NCBI GenBank assembly: GCA_965238275.1
Contig: OZ250186.1
Span: 1,952,001-2,016,000, forward strand
Length of the DNA: 64,000 nt
Direction: 5' to 3'
Source of the DNA: Nitrosopumilus sp.
GTDB lineage: Archaea > Thermoproteota > Nitrososphaeria > Nitrososphaerales > Nitrosopumilaceae
Position numbers and translations under genes: made by a program. Positions 62,403-64,000 of this stretch are shown one piece after another (within the stretch, counting starts at the first letter, position 1; every line of letters begins with the position of its first letter). The notes under the pieces are model-generated. The model ran no database searches and was not told where the DNA came from. It was given only the letters and a program-made list of their open reading frames with translations.

Positions 62403-62520
62403 GGCTCCAAGGGGCAATAAAATTCTGTTTACCGCGCAAGGGAGGAATGCAGACATTAATGGTGCCACAGGATGGGAATGTACTCATGGATCTTGGCCGG
62501 CCATGTCCTGCCGGTCTGTA

Positions 62521-62925
62521 TTATTCCCCGGCATAGATTATCGGGGCGGCGGGATCCCCATGGGGTCGGATCTCAGTCTTTATCTGCACGTGTCCGAACT
62601 CGCTGTGCTCGACTTCAAGCACCACAGGGTGTACCGCCCAGCCGTGCTTGGGGGTACCCTGGAATGGCACAGTCTCTGTAAACCCGGATCCCTCAAACCC
62701 CTTCTGGAACGATTCGGACATTCCAAGAATCTCAAGCACCACAGAGTCGGTGTTGCCGGAGACGTCATCATAAATGATCTCCACATCTCCAGTGTCATAG
62801 TATACGGCGCTGACATGAAGCGCCTCCCGAAGGGCCGCATCATCCCCACCCCGGTCCCCTGTCAAAAATAGGAGTGCAAGTACCGTGACCACCCCAAGAA
62901 GTATCGGGGCCGTAAACCTAGCCAT
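62521..62925 (-). CDS. conserved thaumarchaeal membrane-anchored protein
   Basis: N-terminal TM; coupled to the aminopeptidase stop. Confidence 0.75.
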   Translation of the reverse strand: MARFTAPILLGVVTVLALLFLTGDRGGDDAALREALHVSAVYYDTGDVEIIYDDVSGNTDSVVLEILGMSESFQKGFEGSGFTETVPFQGTPKHGWAVHPVVLEVEHSEFGHVQIKTEIRPHGDPAAPIIYAGE

Positions 62926-64000
62926 CCCCGAACTCCCGGTTCATCCTTCTGAGCAGCGCAGAGCGTATGCGCACCCTTTCAAGCATCTGTGCCTGCGTCC
63001 TCTCTGTTCCGGGTGCGGGGTTCTCCTTGAAGAATGCAGTTATCTCAGATTCCATGGAGTCGTCTGCCACAGACGATATGCTGGCAACTATCCGATTGAG
63101 CAACGGGTTTCCGGAGCCGACCTTTTTGTTGAGGCGCTTCCAGTTCTTTTTCAGCCATGGCCACAGGATCTTCCTGCCGTGCGGGTTGGCAGCCACCTTC
63201 ATGATTGGCAGCTGCATGTTCTGGGAACGGACCTCGGATGTCTGTGAAAAGTTGAGGGTTCTGGTGAGGAGTCGCGTGTCTTGGAACCCGCACATGGTGC
63301 CCAGGAACCTGAGCCTCTCCTCTGCGGTGCCTGCGTTCCTGTACAGTTCCAGCAGCTGGGCAAACGTCTTGGCGTTTCCGTTCCAGGCTGCAATGGAGCA
63401 GACAGGCTCGACCAGGTCGGGCCCGAGCGAGTCGGGAGACTCCAGGAATCGGTCGTACCGTGCACGCGCCTCGGCAGTCACTTCCGGGTCGTTCATCCGC
63501 CCCAGCGCAGATATCACAAACGTGCGCAGCATGGCATCGGTGTGGCTGTCCGTCTTTTTGGAATTCCATCCCAGGCGCGAAAGCATCGCCTTGAGGTGGC
63601 GCCGGGCATACATGCCAACCTCTCCTGAGAATCCCTCGTGGAATGCGCCAAAGTACAGCGATGCCAGATTGTGTGCGACGTTGAGGGATGCCATGTAGCT
63701 CTCCTCGTCAAGGTATGCGTCTGAAAAGTCAAGATAGTCTCGTACCGTCTTGTCGCCTGACACGCAAAGCGAGAAGAGATCGTTTTGGACCGCCCACCGG
63801 TCTATAGCGGGAACCTCCTTTTTGTCCACCATGGGCTTCAGGTCAGAGAGCATCGCGTCGTCGTACCTGACACGATAGAATCCCGTCCGTCCGTGGTTCA
63901 CGACTGGTCCTCTGGTACCTTTGGGAATCCTTACCGATACGGACTCTTTTTTGAGGAGTTTCCTTGATGACCCGTCTTGGAGTCCCATGGACAGTGGGAT
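62918..64000 (-). CDS. M1-family aminopeptidase, C-terminal part (runs off window)
   Basis: NHGRTGFYRVRY and ERAP1-like C-terminal helical domain. Confidence 0.88.
   Translation of the reverse strand: MPLSMGLQDGSSRKLLKKESVSVRIPKGTRGPVVNHGRTGFYRVRYDDAMLSDLKPMVDKKEVPAIDRWAVQNDLFSLCVSGDKTVRDYLDFSDAYLDEESYMASLNVAHNLASLYFGAFHEGFSGEVGMYARRHLKAMLSRLGWNSKKTDSHTDAMLRTFVISALGRMNDPEVTAEARARYDRFLESPDSLGPDLVEPVCSIAAWNGNAKTFAQLLELYRNAGTAEERLRFLGTMCGFQDTRLLTRTLNFSQTSEVRSQNMQLPIMKVAANPHGRKILWPWLKKNWKRLNKKVGSGNPLLNRIVASISSVADDSMESEITAFFKENPAPGTERTQAQMLERVRIRSALLRRMNREFGDG

Overview
Chromosomal window from an ammonia-oxidising archaeon (Nitrosopumilaceae-like Thaumarchaeota). The GC content looks high by eye and the IS load is heavy, as in host-associated (e.g. 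sponge-symbiont) lineages; that assignment is inference. The backbone carries typical thaumarchaeal genes: pfkB kinase, DHS-like enzyme, Hjc-like resolvase, thiolase/DUF35, LLM oxidoreductase, rpoK, Alba, prenyltransferase, parvulin, Hef-type helicase, dCMP deaminase, PolB, tpiA, ppdK, mce/mcm/meaB and an M1 aminopeptidase. Four kinds of accessory structure overlay it. (1) A decaying integrated element at ~13.3-26.4 kb with a tyrosine integrase, VirB6/TrbL-like protein, prepilin peptidase, 5'-damaged tRNA-Leu, amber-interrupted PIN gene and its own TBP. (2) Many insertion sequences (IS630, two IS66, two IS5-type, two IS6), several nested with readable TIRs and target-site duplications. (3) A transposase-less 1.25-kb unit made of two directly repeated 47-bp palindromic IS6-like micro-elements flanking a cysH cargo, with a perfect 8-bp TSD. 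(4) Patchwork templated insertions or duplications in the DHS-like gene, ppdK and an IS5 copy, which are either an unusual repair signature or assembly artefacts. No CRISPR array or rRNA was seen.
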